A stretch of 64,000 nt of DNA from Octopus sinensis (Eukaryota). Below, piece after piece: positions 62,301 through 64,000 of this stretch. The notes beneath the pieces are model-generated. The model was not told the origin of the DNA and searched no databases. It saw nothing but the letters and a program-made list of their open reading frames with translations. The stretch is taken from positions 372,001 through 436,000 of the forward strand of contig NW_021833026.1 of the NCBI RefSeq assembly GCF_006345805.1. The letters are read 5' to 3'. How positions within the stretch are numbered: the stretch's first letter is position 1; every line of letters begins with the position of its first letter. Made by a program: the position numbers and the translations under genes.

Positions 62301-64000
62301 AATCGTCATAACTCGAAGCAGTCTTGCAGTTTATTTGCAAGTCTCCGTTCAACACAAACTTCCCTGCCATGAACTGATGAGAGTAACCACATGTGTTCTC
62401 AAACACGAGGGACTCCCAGGACCACTCGATGAACTCAGTCGAGTTGTATGGGTCATTCGTAAGGCGGTACATCAACGATAACTTTAGTCGGGCTCTCCAA
62501 TTTCCGTGGAGAACGTAGCGGAACATGTCGAACCAACTCAACTTGGGACTGCAATCTCGACTGGGCGACGTTATCAAATCAAGGCAGTGGAAAAATTGGC
62601 AGAGCGAAGGCTCGATGCTGGGTCCGTAGGCCACTCTCACTTGCCCCGACTCTACCATCCACGTATACAAATACTCGAATCGAGGTCGTAGAAATACTTG
62701 AGGGGGCACAGTGACTTTCGAATCTCGAAATCCCCGAATGGAATGACGACTTGGTCTACCAGTAGGCACACTAATCTACTCAAATATGTCCCCGTCAGTT
62801 CTGCCCCTCCCAACAGTCCCCAAAATCGACAATTATTCCAGACTATAAGAGGCACGGAATAGTCCCGGAGAGCAGTCCTCATTTCGTCAAACTCAAAAAT
62901 GACATAACGACAAAAGAGAGTGCTGAATGATGTCTCCCCACCGTCAAAACTACTCCTCACTCACACAATCCACCATTCAGGCTCCACTCGCTTCATAAAC
63001 CCCAGAATATTGTCTTCCCCAAAAACGGAGGGGTCTGACAGGGCTTTGAGGGAGACCCCCTCCAGACTGATCCGACAGAGGGTTTTGATCCCTTCTTGTT
63101 GCCGACGGTGAATCCCCACCCGCTCAATGTACGCGGAGGAATTCCTTTGCTCCACTGTGGCGTACAATTCATCCATTTTCTCGACTTTTATGACACACAA
63201 CACTCACTCGACATGCTTGCCCCCATTTCCTGCAGTCGTTTGTCCAGAATTACTGATCTCTGCACCTTTTCCACAAACTCATCACTCAGTAACTGCAATA
63301 TGACTTATTCCCTACTCTGAAGTTGCTCAATATCCTGTTCTCGAATGGGTCGTCCTCGAATACCACAGAAAAGTGCTGGGAATGATAAGGACTCGCACAT
63401 TTATGCTGATATTCAAGTCACTCATCAACGTCGGGGCTGAATCGGAGACATTTCTCAACTTTTTGTGGACAATCCTCATTATTTTAAAGGCGTCCTTCAA
63501 CTGAACACTCACAATAATAACTACCGCCACAAAACAGGCATCAAAGTTGTAATTAAATGGAAAAACCACGTGAAATGACCCGAACGTGTAATCTCTGACA
63601 ATATGACACCCAAGAATAACATTGTGTGGTTTATAGCCTGTTCAATCCCCTCAAATGAACTGCGGACACCAATTCCAGCTTCCCCAGCTGACTTGGTTAT
63701 GTCAATTTGCTACAATCACAACAACAGCCCACCTGAAGAGTGAATATGTCATGGCCATCAAAAGCAATCACCAACTCGTCGGTTATTTCCGCATTAACCA
63801 CGTCGGGAGTCCTTTTTATGACCAAGTCCGTGAGGGAAAAGACCACTCGGTGATTATCTGAGCATGTCCACTACACTCAACCTGGGAGAGTCATTGCCCA
63901 ATGTGAGTGAACACACACTTTGACTGACCATGTAGTATTACTGGGGGTTGTCCTCCCCTTCAGTCTATCCACCACTGGTTTTAGATCAGTGAGGACATTA
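59306..64000 (-). CDS. BLTP2: Bridge-like lipid transfer protein 2 (KIAA0100/hobbit/FMP27), 3' part; runs off the window
   Basis: GGNLERIVSRCRCDIFY, HDLSISTNKWQYSVIIDIVNNLLL, PVGGISMKEHLEINVAP, C-terminal EDKARRLLGL...KKK*. Confidence 0.87.

Noticed and set aside
1-64000. CRISPR arrays, rRNA operons, prokaryotic operons, alternative genetic code
   Set aside because: No regularly spaced repeats or SSU/LSU motifs; conserved genes splice and translate cleanly in the standard code.

Overview
AT-rich eukaryotic (animal) nuclear DNA in the standard genetic code. Host genes are compact and split by canonical GT-AG micro-introns of about 22-29 nt. With a ciliary gene (EFCAB2/DRC8) and metazoan-type genes present, this best fits a dicyemid mesozoan such as Dicyema; that is inference, not a database result. 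Recognisable genes: EFCAB2, PPP1R8/NIPP1, a kelch-repeat protein, VIPAS39-like, QKI/quaking, MEI1-like, a PCF11-type zinc-finger fragment, AGPAT3/4-like, GOT1, DEPDC5, inorganic pyrophosphatase and the 3' part of BLTP2/KIAA0100, plus tRNA-Ser(TGA) and tRNA-Ala(AGC). The spacers are dense transposon graveyards. They hold at least five CRE-clade non-LTR retrotransposon insertions (one full length with poly-A and TSD), RTE and R4/Dong LINEs, Tigger/pogo, Tc1, hAT (Buster/SPIN) and Ginger-like integrase relics. Most notable signals: (1) a strong within-gene strand-composition gradient, C/A-rich at the 5' end and G/T-rich at the 3' end, that also affects introns; (2) a 20-nt piece of the neighbouring QKI exon copied into the 5' junction of a CRE insertion; (3) an RTE LINE whose endonuclease half is inverted. 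All homology calls come from recognising motifs by eye. Gene boundaries involving micro-introns are approximate.
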